In this document: piece after piece, positions 38,063-47,015 of the stretch
Layout of the letters: each line of letters begins with the position of its first letter
Numbering within the stretch: the first letter of the stretch is position 1
Source: Candidatus Nezhaarchaeota archaeon WYZ-LMO8
GTDB taxonomy: Archaea > Thermoproteota > Methanomethylicia > Nezhaarchaeales > WYZ-LMO8
Direction: 5' to 3'
DNA: 49,261 nucleotides
Assembly (NCBI GenBank): GCA_004347965.1
Contig: QNVF01000003.1
Coordinates: 1-49,261 of the forward strand
The notes under the pieces: model-generated
Told to the model about the DNA's origin: nothing
The model's database searches: none
The model's input: only the letters and a program-made list of their open reading frames with translations
Program-made: the position numbers and the translations under genes

Positions 38063-38350
38063 TTAGTTTTTCTGCTTTGATTTCTCTTTCAACATCCTCT
38101 CTAGTTCGTCAGCCCTTTCAGGAGGAAGTGCCCCTAATCTTCTTAGGTTAGCTATGCACTCAGCTGCTGATTTACACCACATAATACATGACTCCGATGC
38201 CTCTCTTCTTACTGTTCTACCACACTCGGGACATTTCCTCTCAACTTCGTATTCGAAGAACTCTACTTCAGCCCCACAAACTGGACAGTAAGCGACTATT
38301 ATTTGAGGTTCAACAAGGCTTCTTGCTCCTGGACAGTATTTCAGTGCCAT
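38063..38350 (-). CDS. small zinc-ribbon / Cys-rich protein
   Basis: CPVCGAEVEF...CPECGRTV is a CxxC...CxxC ribbon, with additional Cys residues (CIMWC, C). It lies 23 nt downstream of the ferredoxin-like gene. Confidence 0.4.
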   Translation of the reverse strand: MALKYCPGARSLVEPQIIVAYCPVCGAEVEFFEYEVERKCPECGRTVRREASESCIMWCKSAAECIANLRRLGALPPERADELERMLKEKSKQKN

Positions 38351-38373
38351 GAGCTAAACACCACACAACATAG

Positions 38374-39021
38374 CTAATTGGCCCTTATCCTACCATCTAT
38401 TGTCACTATTAGTTCTTCAATATTTAGCTTCTTCCCAGATCTTTCGAGCGCTTCATAAGTTATTTTAGCCAGGTTAGAACAGCATGGGACCTCCATTCTC
38501 ACGACCTTAATTGACAGCACATTGTTGTGCTTTATAATCCCCATGAGCTTGTCCCTGTAAAGACTCTTATCTCCAAATATTGGGCAACCTGATACAACGA
38601 CCTTGCCGCTAAAGTGTGGAACGAAGTTTTTGTACACGAAGGGGGCGCAGTCAGCAGCAACGACAAGCTCATGGTTGCTTATAAATGGTGCTCGCGGATT
38701 AATCAACTCAAGCTTTACTGGCCAGTTCACTATCCTTAGGTCCTTAGAAGCTTGAATTTCCACTTGAGTAATCTCATGGCGAATAGCATGTTCATTGCTT
38801 GTCTCAAAAGGTTCAGTCTCACGCTCCTCAATGGTTATGGCCCCTTTAGGGCATTCTTTAATGCACGCCCCTAAACCATCACATAGAGACTCCTTCACTA
38901 GGGTTGCCTTTCCATTAATTATTTGGAGAGCTCCCTCAGGACAAGCTGGTATGCAGGCACCACAACCATCACACTTCTCAGGGTCGATTCTAACTATCCT
39001 TCTTAGAACCTTCCTACTCAT
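38374..39021 (-). CDS. 2x[4Fe-4S] ferredoxin-domain protein with a Cys-containing C-terminal domain
   Basis: CDGCGACIPACPEGAL and CDGLGACIKECPKGAI dicluster motifs. The C-terminal domain carries AADCAP, SGCPIFGD and PCCSN. Confidence 0.7.
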   Translation of the reverse strand: MSRKVLRRIVRIDPEKCDGCGACIPACPEGALQIINGKATLVKESLCDGLGACIKECPKGAITIEERETEPFETSNEHAIRHEITQVEIQASKDLRIVNWPVKLELINPRAPFISNHELVVAADCAPFVYKNFVPHFSGKVVVSGCPIFGDKSLYRDKLMGIIKHNNVLSIKVVRMEVPCCSNLAKITYEALERSGKKLNIEELIVTIDGRIRAN

Positions 39022-39190
39022 TCACGCTCACCATAAGTATTCGATTTTATCTTTAATAAATTGATTTGTTATAATTTATAAATATTCAAAGAATAACATT
39101 GATTAAATTATAAATAATGGTAAGGCTCTAGCCCTTTCATCCCTAGATCTGCTAATGAGCTCTTTGAATTAGCTTACTTTTAGAGCTGAA

Positions 39191-39219
39191 TTAACCTTCT
39201 ATCTCTCTTAGAAGGTTAA
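39191..39219. repeat. perfect 11-bp inverted repeat with 7-nt loop (possible terminator or operator downstream of the membrane-arm operon)
   Basis: TTAACCTTCTA-tctctct-TAGAAGGTTAA, 64 nt past the mbhM stop. No adjacent oligo-T run on the minus strand. Confidence 0.4.
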
Positions 39220-39282
39220 GTTACTCAATTCTTGGCAACTATTCATTTTTATTTTAGGGAAAGTATTAGTTCACTTGAGGTA

Positions 39283-40272
39283 TTAAGCAACTAAGTAAGT
39301 TATTACGATGGATGTCAATAGAGCTATTGCAGCCATTGGGAGAATGTACTTCCAGAATATTACGAGGGCTTGATCTATCCTCAGCCTTGCGGTCATAGCT
39401 TTGATCCACGTTAGTATTGTAACTATCACTACGTATTCAATTACCGTTATCATCATTGCTAGGTACCAGGGCAACCATGCAAAGGGCGTAAAGCCTCCAA
39501 AGAATAACATGGTTATCAGTAATGAGCCGACAACCATCTCTAAGTCGTGAAGTCCGATGATCAGAGCCAATTTGAAGCCTGAGTACTCAGTGAAGGGGCC
39601 AGCCACTATCTCCGTCTCAGCTTCAGGTATGTCAAAAGGCTTTGATAGAAGCTTGCATTGTAATGATATGAGAGCCGCTATTAAGGCGAGAGTCATTGGT
39701 ATTATGGTGTAAGGGTTAAACCAAAGTCTCCAGGCGTTGAGACAAGAGTGATAGAGTGAGTAGTTTGATGCTCCTATTGCAGTTGAGAGAATTATCGGTG
39801 TTAAGATGGAGGCAACGAACGTAACTTCGTAGGCTAGGGTCATGCTGAAAATTCTTGACGCACCCACAGCACTGAATGGGTTTGGCGTTAGCATACCTAT
39901 TAGTGCTATTGCTATCGTTGGCCAGACGAGTAAGTACATAGCTAGCATTACATCGTACTCAGCTACTATTGGTCGAAATGGCGTTATGGGCAGCATAAGG
40001 GTTAGAGCGACTAATGAGCCAATGGCTATTGAGATTAAGGTTAACGCTAGCCGTGGATGAGAGCCTTCGATTGAGACATCTTCCTTGAAGAAAAGCTTGA
40101 GGTAGTCCGCTATGGGTTGGAGGATCCCAAAGGGGCCAGTATGTAAGGGGCCTATCCTGCTTTGCATGCGTGCATAGACTTTCCTATGATACCATTGAGT
40201 TAGCCATATAACTAGGCATAGGAAGATCACGCCCGGATAAACTATCGTCTCAAATAGCAATTCATAGGGCAT
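39283..40272 (-). CDS. mbhM: MbhM / NuoH-like membrane subunit of the group-4 hydrogenase
   Basis: NuoH/HycD-family polytopic protein (RIGP...GILQP.AD..K motif: MQSRIGPLHTGPFGILQPIADYLKLFFKED). The start is taken at ATG 40272, which forms a TAATG overlap with the upstream ORF. Confidence 0.85.
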   Translation of the reverse strand: MPYELLFETIVYPGVIFLCLVIWLTQWYHRKVYARMQSRIGPLHTGPFGILQPIADYLKLFFKEDVSIEGSHPRLALTLISIAIGSLVALTLMLPITPFRPIVAEYDVMLAMYLLVWPTIAIALIGMLTPNPFSAVGASRIFSMTLAYEVTFVASILTPIILSTAIGASNYSLYHSCLNAWRLWFNPYTIIPMTLALIAALISLQCKLLSKPFDIPEAETEIVAGPFTEYSGFKLALIIGLHDLEMVVGSLLITMLFFGGFTPFAWLPWYLAMMITVIEYVVIVTILTWIKAMTARLRIDQALVIFWKYILPMAAIALLTSIVITYLVA

Positions 40273-40625
40273 TAAAGAGACACCACCATCATTGATACCA
40301 CGACAATGACGACCATAAATATGAGCATCCACATGAGCCAGTCACTTAGAATACCTGTATGTAGCCTATCCCTCAATGTATTATAAAGCGATTTGAAGAC
40401 CAATCTCCAAACTGCGGTGTACAAACCCGCATCAGGCAGACCAGTCTTAAGTGAAGATATGGATTCTCCACATGCGAATGGTTTTCGTTTCTCATTCGAT
40501 TTTTGTGTCATGGACCTCGTAAACTTTATTGAGAAAGCGTACGCAGCCAGCAATATCAATACAGTTACCGCTATAGCAAGAGAGACCTCTAATACTGCTA
40601 AGAGGAGGGAAACCACCTTATCCAC
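40272..40625 (-). CDS. MbhI / NuoA-like small membrane subunit
   Basis: 117 aa with hydrophobic helices and a KRKPFACGES loop resembling the NuoA ..PYECG.. motif. It sits between the MbhH-like and MbhM-like genes, as in Pyrococcus mbh. Confidence 0.5.
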   Translation of the reverse strand: MDKVVSLLLAVLEVSLAIAVTVLILLAAYAFSIKFTRSMTQKSNEKRKPFACGESISSLKTGLPDAGLYTAVWRLVFKSLYNTLRDRLHTGILSDWLMWMLIFMVVIVVVSMMVVSL

Positions 40626-42213
40626 CTTCCATAATCAATTTAGCTGCTTCTTGTGCTGCTAAAACATAGTCTTGGGTGTTAAGTAGTGATAGAGCCCCCG
40701 GCACAATCACGTTATCGACGATTATGGGTGCTGCTATACCTAAGACTATGCATAGCGATGCTAAAACCAAGAGCGGTACGACCATTAATGTAGGCGCTTC
40801 TTTAACAGACGATATATCTCTCGTAGGTTGTTTGGCGTATACATGGTAGAAAACCTTCAAGTAACCCATTAGAGCAAAAACACTTGTCAACACTATAACT
40901 ACAACCAAGGGGGCTAGCCAGCCAGACTCCAAGTAAGCTTTGAATAGGAGGAGCTTGCTCATGAAGCAACTAAGTGGAGGTGCACCTGCAAGCGCTAAAG
41001 CTCCTACTAGATAAGCTGCGGTTGTAAATGGCATTCTCCTACCCACTCCAGTCAATTCATCTAGGTCCCTCGAACCCGTAACGTGTATGTAGGCCCCGGC
41101 TGCCATGAATAGAAGTGCTTTGCCTATTGCATGGTTTACTATGTGGAATAAGGATGCTACTAGCCCGCTAAGGTTGGCAAGCCCTACTCCCATGGCTATG
41201 TACCCTATATTCAGTATGGTTCCATAAGCTATTAGTCTCTTTATGTCTCTCTGTACAAGCATAAGTGTTGATCCGAGGATTGTTGATAGAACCCCCATGG
41301 TTATGAGAGTATAATTAAGGAGCTCTACGACTGGAAATGTTGGTATAGTTCCCTTGAATATCGTTAGCATATATCTCATCAATGCAAATATAGCTACTTT
41401 AACCATGATTCCTGATAGCAGCGCTGATATCGGTGATGGCGCTGCTGGATGCGCATCCGGAAGCCAGAAGTGATTAGGTGCTATAGCAGCTTTTAAACTG
41501 AGAGCCCAAAATGCTAGTGTTAAGAATACTGTTGAGCCTATGAGTATGTCGCCAATTGGTGGACCAGTTATTGGGAGCGTTGAGTCTTTAAGCTTTAATG
41601 CTAGATCAGCCATGTTTAATGTGCCGAAGGATCCGTAGGCGAAGATTACGGCTATGAAATATATAGTTGTTGCGACACTGCCAACAATGGCATACTTTAT
41701 GGCGGCTTCAACAGCTTCGTGAGTTTCGCGACGGAACGCTACTAAACCATAGGCACTGATAGACATAACCTCGAGCATTACAAATAGATTGAAGATATCT
41801 CCAGTGTAAACGCAACCAAGCATGCCTGCTTCAAAACCCAACATAAGCGTGTAATACCATTGAGTACCGCCTTCATGTTCCATGTAGCGTATGCTGAATA
41901 TCATAGCTGTGAGGACGAGACCGTTGATGAGGAGACCAATTAAGGATGCTCCACGATCTATTGTGTAAACTATGCCTATCGGCGGGGGCCATGAACCGAA
42001 AGCGTAGAGTAGGGGTTTGCATGAAAAATTATACATGTAGTAGAAGACTATCAACGATAGGGCAAAGTTTATTAAAAGAATTGTTAACGTAAAGCATTCC
42101 CATATCTGTCTCCTCTTTGCAAGTAAGCTTATGAGGGGCAGCGCAAAAGCTGCGAAGATAGCTAAGAATGGTTGAAGTGCTGCGAGACCTGCAATGTAAT
42201 TAGTCCAAGTCAA
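40618..42213 (-). CDS. mbhH: MbhH / MrpD / NuoN-like antiporter-type subunit
   Basis: 531 aa with ~14 TM helices. Proton-antiporter family blocks: WLPDAHPAAPSPISALLSG and MVKVA.FA..R. Confidence 0.85.
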   Translation of the reverse strand: MTWTNYIAGLAALQPFLAIFAAFALPLISLLAKRRQIWECFTLTILLINFALSLIVFYYMYNFSCKPLLYAFGSWPPPIGIVYTIDRGASLIGLLINGLVLTAMIFSIRYMEHEGGTQWYYTLMLGFEAGMLGCVYTGDIFNLFVMLEVMSISAYGLVAFRRETHEAVEAAIKYAIVGSVATTIYFIAVIFAYGSFGTLNMADLALKLKDSTLPITGPPIGDILIGSTVFLTLAFWALSLKAAIAPNHFWLPDAHPAAPSPISALLSGIMVKVAIFALMRYMLTIFKGTIPTFPVVELLNYTLITMGVLSTILGSTLMLVQRDIKRLIAYGTILNIGYIAMGVGLANLSGLVASLFHIVNHAIGKALLFMAAGAYIHVTGSRDLDELTGVGRRMPFTTAAYLVGALALAGAPPLSCFMSKLLLFKAYLESGWLAPLVVVIVLTSVFALMGYLKVFYHVYAKQPTRDISSVKEAPTLMVVPLLVLASLCIVLGIAAPIIVDNVIVPGALSLLNTQDYVLAAQEAAKLIMEGG

Positions 42214-42719
42214 TCGAAAACCCTCCTCAAGTATTTCTCAAAGGTCTTGGATATCATTTCATGGCAAACTTTGGGATCAGTTGCCTTAACGTCTATCCAA
42301 TGCACGTAGTACTTCTTTCCTTCCTCATCTACGTCGACTACAACAGTTCCAGGGGTGTTAGTTATTGAGCACGCGACTGCTGTTATCGTGTAATCGCTCT
42401 TCACATCATAAGGTACTCTCACTATACCTGGCTTAATTGGCATCTTTGGGTGAAGGATCCTCTTCACAACGTCCCAGTGACATTTAGGTTCGATTATTAG
42501 AAAGTAGTAGAAGAAGTATGCTATAGCCCAAGCCCATCTTATTACGTTAAAGACTTTCGTGGGTGCTTCCTTTATTAAAAGCGTTGAAGAAAAGGCTGCT
42601 ACAATTACTGACGTTATTAGACCCAGAACTATGTCCATAGGCGATATGGAAGCTGATGCTATTATAAACACGACGAACAAAAGAAGAAAGGTAGCTAGAA
42701 AGCTTAGAATTCTCGACAT
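42210..42719 (-). CDS. MrpE / MbhA-like subunit
   Basis: Two N-terminal TM helices and a C-terminal soluble domain with a YYVHWIDV block typical of MnhE. 169 aa. Confidence 0.65.
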   Translation of the reverse strand: MSRILSFLATFLLLFVVFIIASASISPMDIVLGLITSVIVAAFSSTLLIKEAPTKVFNVIRWAWAIAYFFYYFLIIEPKCHWDVVKRILHPKMPIKPGIVRVPYDVKSDYTITAVACSITNTPGTVVVDVDEEGKKYYVHWIDVKATDPKVCHEMISKTFEKYLRRVFD

Positions 42720-42723
42720 TAAC

Positions 42724-43113
42724 TCACCCTTTGAGCTTAGCTATCTTCTTGACCATTGTGGTGCCGTAGAGCCTATAAATTTGGATCACTAAAAAAGCTA
42801 GAAACATGGTTATAGCCATGTTTATGACCACAGCTGTTATCACGAGACATTGAGGAACTGGATCAACAGCCGTAGAGACGAACCAGGCAATGTCTTCAAG
42901 TGTTGGTTTTAAAGTCGGTAGGACTGGTGGATATATCTCTCCAAACTTAAAGCCAAGGAATATTATTAGTGCATTAGCAGTGTCTCCAAATATCGTTAAA
43001 GCTATTAACTTCTTAATTAGCGATGCCCCTCTAACTATGCCGTAGAGCGAAATTACCATTATCACCATGAGGGCTAAGTAGCCGTAAAGCTGGAGGAAGA
43101 TTTCAAAGTTCAT
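42724..43113 (-). CDS. MrpC / NuoK / MbhG-like subunit
   Basis: 129 aa, three TM helices, and LIALTIFGDTANALII resembling the NuoK/MnhC core helix. Confidence 0.65.
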   Translation of the reverse strand: MNFEIFLQLYGYLALMVIMVISLYGIVRGASLIKKLIALTIFGDTANALIIFLGFKFGEIYPPVLPTLKPTLEDIAWFVSTAVDPVPQCLVITAVVINMAITMFLAFLVIQIYRLYGTTMVKKIAKLKG

Positions 43114-43916
43114 AACCTCAAGATCCTCCTAAACTCCTCTTCCGGGATCGAGATTAAAAGGAAGAGAAGTGTGAAACCTGCTCCTACGGTCAAGAACTCA
43201 GCTAAATTGTAGTAGAATATGGAGCCTGCTGTCCACAAGATGCCGAGAGCTTCCGGGAATGAAGGAGTGGAAGACCATGGTTTTGCTTGATTCTGCATTA
43301 GGGCAATAGATCCGGCTAATATTGGTGCTAACGCTAATATGGCTATGGTTATTAGCCCCACACTCCTTAAAGTCAAGAAGTTGTCCTTAGTCAACTTGAG
43401 ATTTTCCTCTATAAAGTATCTTGAGAAGGCAGCTATTGCTGTTAAGAAGGCAACAGCCATCATTGAGCCTGATTGGAAACCACCTCCAGGAGTTAAATGC
43501 CCGTGAAGAGCTACTGATGCAGAGACAGTGATTATCAGGGGGAAGGCGATTCTCGTCACGGTCTTGACTATTATCGATAGGCCAAGCTCTCTTCGCATAC
43601 TACTTATGGCACCAACCTTCACCTCGGCTATCCTGAAGAGAGCTACACCACTTATGACCGCAAGAAAGAAGACCGCGGTCTCGTAATAGGTATCTATTCC
43701 TCTATAATCCCACAACATAGCACTTACGGCTTCAGGGCTAGCTGCCCAATAGTTTTTGTCAAATAAATTAAAACAGTTTTCAAGGTAGAACTTAGCTAAT
43801 AAGCGTATTTCAGTAAGGGGAGTCCAACCAGTGCCTCCAAGAATTATCGCTATAGCAATTACAAGTAGGAGGATGGCTGTCGTAATCCCTATTACCACAT
43901 CTTTCGTCTTCATCAC
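43110..43916 (-). CDS. MrpB-like subunit (apparent MbhE-MbhF fusion)
   Basis: MnhB signature HGHLTPGGGFQSG in the C-terminal half. The extra N-terminal TM helices make it about the summed size of Pyrococcus MbhE plus MbhF. Confidence 0.7.
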   Translation of the reverse strand: MMKTKDVVIGITTAILLLVIAIAIILGGTGWTPLTEIRLLAKFYLENCFNLFDKNYWAASPEAVSAMLWDYRGIDTYYETAVFFLAVISGVALFRIAEVKVGAISSMRRELGLSIIVKTVTRIAFPLIITVSASVALHGHLTPGGGFQSGSMMAVAFLTAIAAFSRYFIEENLKLTKDNFLTLRSVGLITIAILALAPILAGSIALMQNQAKPWSSTPSFPEALGILWTAGSIFYYNLAEFLTVGAGFTLLFLLISIPEEEFRRILRL

Positions 43917-44173
43917 GATTCAACCTCCTCGTATCTCTCCGTCTTACTTATGATGTAAAGAAGTATCACCGTGTAAATCCCTATGGCCACAGCTATGTAC
44001 GCTAAGACTATGTCGGGGGCCATGAGGAGGAAGAAAATCAAGGCATAGGTTGCAGATTGAGCTGCTGAGAAGATCGTAGCCTTGAGCAAATCTCTACTCT
44101 TAATAGCAAGGTAGGTAAAGAGAGCTCCTATCGTGAGAGTAAAGGTTATGAGTGATGCTGCAAAGAGCGACAT
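43913..44173 (-). CDS. MbhD-like small membrane subunit (MrpA C-terminal-like)
   Basis: 86 aa, three hydrophobic helices, position between the MrpG-like and MrpB-like genes, and 4-nt/1-nt overlaps with its neighbours. Confidence 0.5.
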   Translation of the reverse strand: MSLFAASLITFTLTIGALFTYLAIKSRDLLKATIFSAAQSATYALIFFLLMAPDIVLAYIAVAIGIYTVILLYIISKTERYEEVES

Positions 44174-44556
44174 TAACTCCTCCCCTTATCCTCTTCAAGA
44201 AAGTCGCACACTTTAGGCTCAACCGGAACCCTACCTCGATGAGAGCCTCTAGCTAGTGCGTGAGAGCCTGCTGGAGCTGTGAACATTATTATTATGGCTG
44301 TGATGAACGAGCCTGAAGCAAACAACCATCTCCAATACCCCAAAAAATCACAAGCAAAAGCTATGAGTGTGAGACCAAAAAGTGGGTACACAGCTCCACC
44401 AATTACTCCAACAGTAGCAGCGTGGATGCGTACAAAGAAGTTTGGAAACCTTAGTAAGCCTAGCGCTCCAATTAAGTCGCATAACGCCCCTACGACTATT
44501 AGAGCCATTCCTATGTATAAGAATAATTGGTTTACCACTTCCCACACGCTACTCAC
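44173..44556 (-). CDS. MrpG / MbhC-like subunit
   Basis: LGLLRFPNFFVRIHAATV resembles the MnhG motif (..DFYTR.HA..). Three TM helices. Confidence 0.65.
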   Translation of the reverse strand: MSSVWEVVNQLFLYIGMALIVVGALCDLIGALGLLRFPNFFVRIHAATVGVIGGAVYPLFGLTLIAFACDFLGYWRWLFASGSFITAIIIMFTAPAGSHALARGSHRGRVPVEPKVCDFLEEDKGRS

Positions 44557-44833
44557 CTAGCTCTCTTCTTTCAAGGTACTTTGCCAAGTATACGCTGAAA
44601 ATATAGGTCCAGAGGGCAAGACAGATGGAACACACTATTAAGAAGGGTGCTTTAAAATACACGGCTAAAAGGGCCATGAAGAAGCAGACATCATAAGTTA
44701 AGCAATCGATGGCTAAAGCCATATCAGAAGGTGTTGGTCCCTTTATTATTCTTACAGTGTAGAGAGCAACGGCGACACAGAATATTGGCGTTATCGCGAT
44801 GATTAATGTCCTTACTAGTTCTTCGACTGACAA
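44549..44833 (-). CDS. MrpF / MbhB-like subunit
   Basis: RIIKGPTPSDMALAIDCL resembles the MnhF motif (GPT..DR..ALD). 94 aa, three TM helices, and first gene of the minus-strand operon. Confidence 0.6.
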   Translation of the reverse strand: MSVEELVRTLIIAITPIFCVAVALYTVRIIKGPTPSDMALAIDCLTYDVCFFMALLAVYFKAPFLIVCSICLALWTYIFSVYLAKYLERRELGE

Positions 44834-44973
44834 TATGCACCACCGAGCATCATTAGATAGCTTCTTAGTTTGCTATTAAGATTTACCCCAAAATTTATAA
44901 AAAATTTAGAGATAGTGAAGTGGTAGGATTAAGAGCATCTTAAGCCTGCTCAGTTGATTCTAAGGTGTGAGAA
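44834..44973. promoter_or_regulatory. 140-bp divergent control region between the membrane-arm and peripheral-arm operons, with a central A/T box
   Basis: AAATTTATAAAAAATTT at about 44891-44907 is a near-symmetric TATA-like element. It lies ~58 nt from the minus-strand start and ~67 nt from the plus-strand GTG start. GGTG lies upstream of the mbhJ GTG. Confidence 0.45.
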
Positions 44974-45408
44974 GTGTTAATCCAAAGAATCGCAGCATGG
45001 GCTCGACTAAGATCTCCCTGGATACTTCATATTAACACTGGAGCTTGCAATTCATGTGACATCGAAGTTCTGGCAGCGCTAACGCCTAGGTTTGACGTTG
45101 AACGTTTTGGTATCTTGCTTAAGCCATCTCCAAGGCATGCAGATGTTATTGCTATCACTGGACCAGTTACGAGACAAGCAGCTGAAAGGATAAGAAGGGT
45201 GTACGAACAAACTCCTGACCCTAAGTTCGTGATCGCAATAGGCAGCTGCGCAATAAGTGGGGGGGTCTTCCAGGATTGTTATGGTGTAATAGGAGGGGTT
45301 GATAAAGTCATACCTGTTGATGTCTACGTCCCTGGATGTCCTCCAAGACCTGATGCCATAATATACGGAGTTGTCAAGCTCGTAGAAAAGGTGAGCAAAG
45401 GTGGTTAA
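44974..45408 (+). CDS. mbhJ: [NiFe] hydrogenase small subunit, NuoB/MbhJ-like
   Basis: The four Cys ligands of the proximal [4Fe-4S] cluster are present: GACNSCDIE, GSCAISGG and PGCPPRP. GTG start. Confidence 0.85.
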   Translation: MLIQRIAAWARLRSPWILHINTGACNSCDIEVLAALTPRFDVERFGILLKPSPRHADVIAITGPVTRQAAERIRRVYEQTPDPKFVIAIGSCAISGGVFQDCYGVIGGVDKVIPVDVYVPGCPPRPDAIIYGVVKLVEKVSKGG

Positions 45409-45850
45409 TGACCACCTTGAAGTAATAGATTCTTTGGGGAATGAGCTTAAAGAAGGGCTCTTGGACGTTAGATACTTGCCTGAAAAGAGGGCTTTGTTGG
45501 TCTTGGTTGATAAGGCCTTAATCTTCAAGGCAATTGAAGCACTTAATAAGATCAGCGGGGGCGAGATGCATTTAACAACGATAAGTGGAGCTGATCTCGG
45601 TGAAGACTACATAGAGTTGACGTACTTTCTATGGCTTTTACCTCAAAGGCTTCGCGTTATCGTAAAAACTAAACTTTCTAAAGACGATTTAAGAGTTCAA
45701 AGCATAGTGAATATAGCTCCAGCAACAGTGCTTTACGAGCGTGAGGTCTATGAAATGCTTGGAGTTATTTTTGAGGGACATCCAAAACTGGAGCGGCTCT
45801 TCTTACCTGAGGATTGGCCTCAAAATATGTATCCCTTAAGGAGGAGATAA
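45401..45850 (+). CDS. mbhK: NuoC / MbhK-like subunit
   Basis: 149 aa. ERE.YEM.G..F.GHP..R.L block (YEREVYEMLGVIFEGHPKLERLFL) is typical of the NuoC/30-kDa family. Confidence 0.75.
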   Translation: MVNDHLEVIDSLGNELKEGLLDVRYLPEKRALLVLVDKALIFKAIEALNKISGGEMHLTTISGADLGEDYIELTYFLWLLPQRLRVIVKTKLSKDDLRVQSIVNIAPATVLYEREVYEMLGVIFEGHPKLERLFLPEDWPQNMYPLRRR

Positions 45851-45851
45851 T

Positions 45852-47015
45852 GTGTCAAGCATTGATCTAATCGTGGGACCAATACATCCAGCCCTCCACG
45901 AACCTGAGAGATTTGTGTTTAAAATTGATGGTGAAATAGTTGTCGATGTAGAACCGAGATTGGGTTACGTTCATAGAGGGATTGAAAAAGCATTGTCTGA
46001 GAGGACTTACATCAAGGACATATACCTGGTTGAGAGAGTGTGCGGTATATGTAACGTAGCTCACACATTGACAGCTGCTCAGGCCATTGAGCAAGCCTTC
46101 GGCGTTGAGGTACCTCGAAGATCTAAATACCTTCGTACCATAGTTCATGAGCTCAATAGATTACACAGTCACCTACTGATACTGGGGGTTGTTTGCGAGC
46201 TTATAGGATTTGACACCTTGTTCATGCTGTTTTGGAGGGACAGAGAAGTTATCATGGACCTCATTGAAATGATAACTGGCAATAGAGTTATGTCCGCCTA
46301 CAACATCATAGGTGGTGTTAGGAGAAACATAGGCGACTTTGAGGTTACCCAAATTAAGGGGGTTCTCAGTTCCCTAGCTAAGAGGGTTAAGCAATATAAG
46401 AAAGTCTTCATGGACGATCCAACTATAAGGGCTCGTTGTGCCGGTGTGGGGTATCTGAGTAGGGCCAAGGCTTTGGCCCTTGGAGCTGTAGGACCCACAG
46501 CAAGAGGTTCTGGACTTGAGTTAGATGTCCGAGTCGACGAGCCTTATGCTGCATACGATGAAGTTAAATACTGTGCAGTGATATACAACGACGGCGATGT
46601 ATGGGCTAGGCTCATGGTTAGGCTTGACGAGCTCCTTGCATCAATGGAAGTTATAAATGAGTGTCTCGACAAGATGCCCTCAGGACCCATTAGGGTACCC
46701 GTTCCTGAGGCTGCCCCTCAAAGTGCCGAGGGAGTATCAGTTATTGAAGCCCCTAGAGGGGAACTCATACATCACGTTTATACAAAGAGGGACGATGATA
46801 AGCCTTTTAGGTACAGAATTAGAACACCAACGTATGCGAACATACCAGCAGTATGTGAAATGCTCAAGGGATGCTACATAGCTGATATTCCCGCTATACT
46901 CGCTAGCATAGATCCTTGCTTCTCATGTACTGATAGAGCGGCTTTAATCGATACAAATTCTGGAGAAAAAAGAATTATAGACATACTAAGCTTAGCAAGG
47001 AGGTCTAAGAAGTGA
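45852..47015 (+). CDS. mbhL: group-4 [NiFe] hydrogenase large subunit, MbhL/NuoD-like
   Basis: Both Ni-Fe ligand pairs are intact: the N-terminal RVCGICNVAH (RxCGxCxxxH) and the C-terminal DPCFSCTDR (DPCxxCxxR). The 387-aa short form is typical of energy-converting hydrogenases. Confidence 0.9.
   Translation: MSSIDLIVGPIHPALHEPERFVFKIDGEIVVDVEPRLGYVHRGIEKALSERTYIKDIYLVERVCGICNVAHTLTAAQAIEQAFGVEVPRRSKYLRTIVHELNRLHSHLLILGVVCELIGFDTLFMLFWRDREVIMDLIEMITGNRVMSAYNIIGGVRRNIGDFEVTQIKGVLSSLAKRVKQYKKVFMDDPTIRARCAGVGYLSRAKALALGAVGPTARGSGLELDVRVDEPYAAYDEVKYCAVIYNDGDVWARLMVRLDELLASMEVINECLDKMPSGPIRVPVPEAAPQSAEGVSVIEAPRGELIHHVYTKRDDDKPFRYRIRTPTYANIPAVCEMLKGCYIADIPAILASIDPCFSCTDRAALIDTNSGEKRIIDILSLARRSKK

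Noticed and set aside
40273-40332. 20-codon N-terminal extension of the NuoH/MbhM-like ORF (start at 40332)
   Set aside because: The extension (MDAHIYGRHCRGINDGGVSL) overlaps the upstream gene and is not NuoH-like. The ATG at 40272 forms a TAATG stop/start junction typical of the coupling seen throughout this operon.
45079-45528. 149-aa ORF antisense to mbhJ/mbhK. ORFs 45867-46148, 46298-46498, 46657-46881, 46992-47196 and 47257-47448 lie within or against mbhL/mbhN.
   Set aside because: The sense-strand genes carry unambiguous NuoB/NuoD/NuoI cofactor motifs. The alternative frames have no recognisable features.
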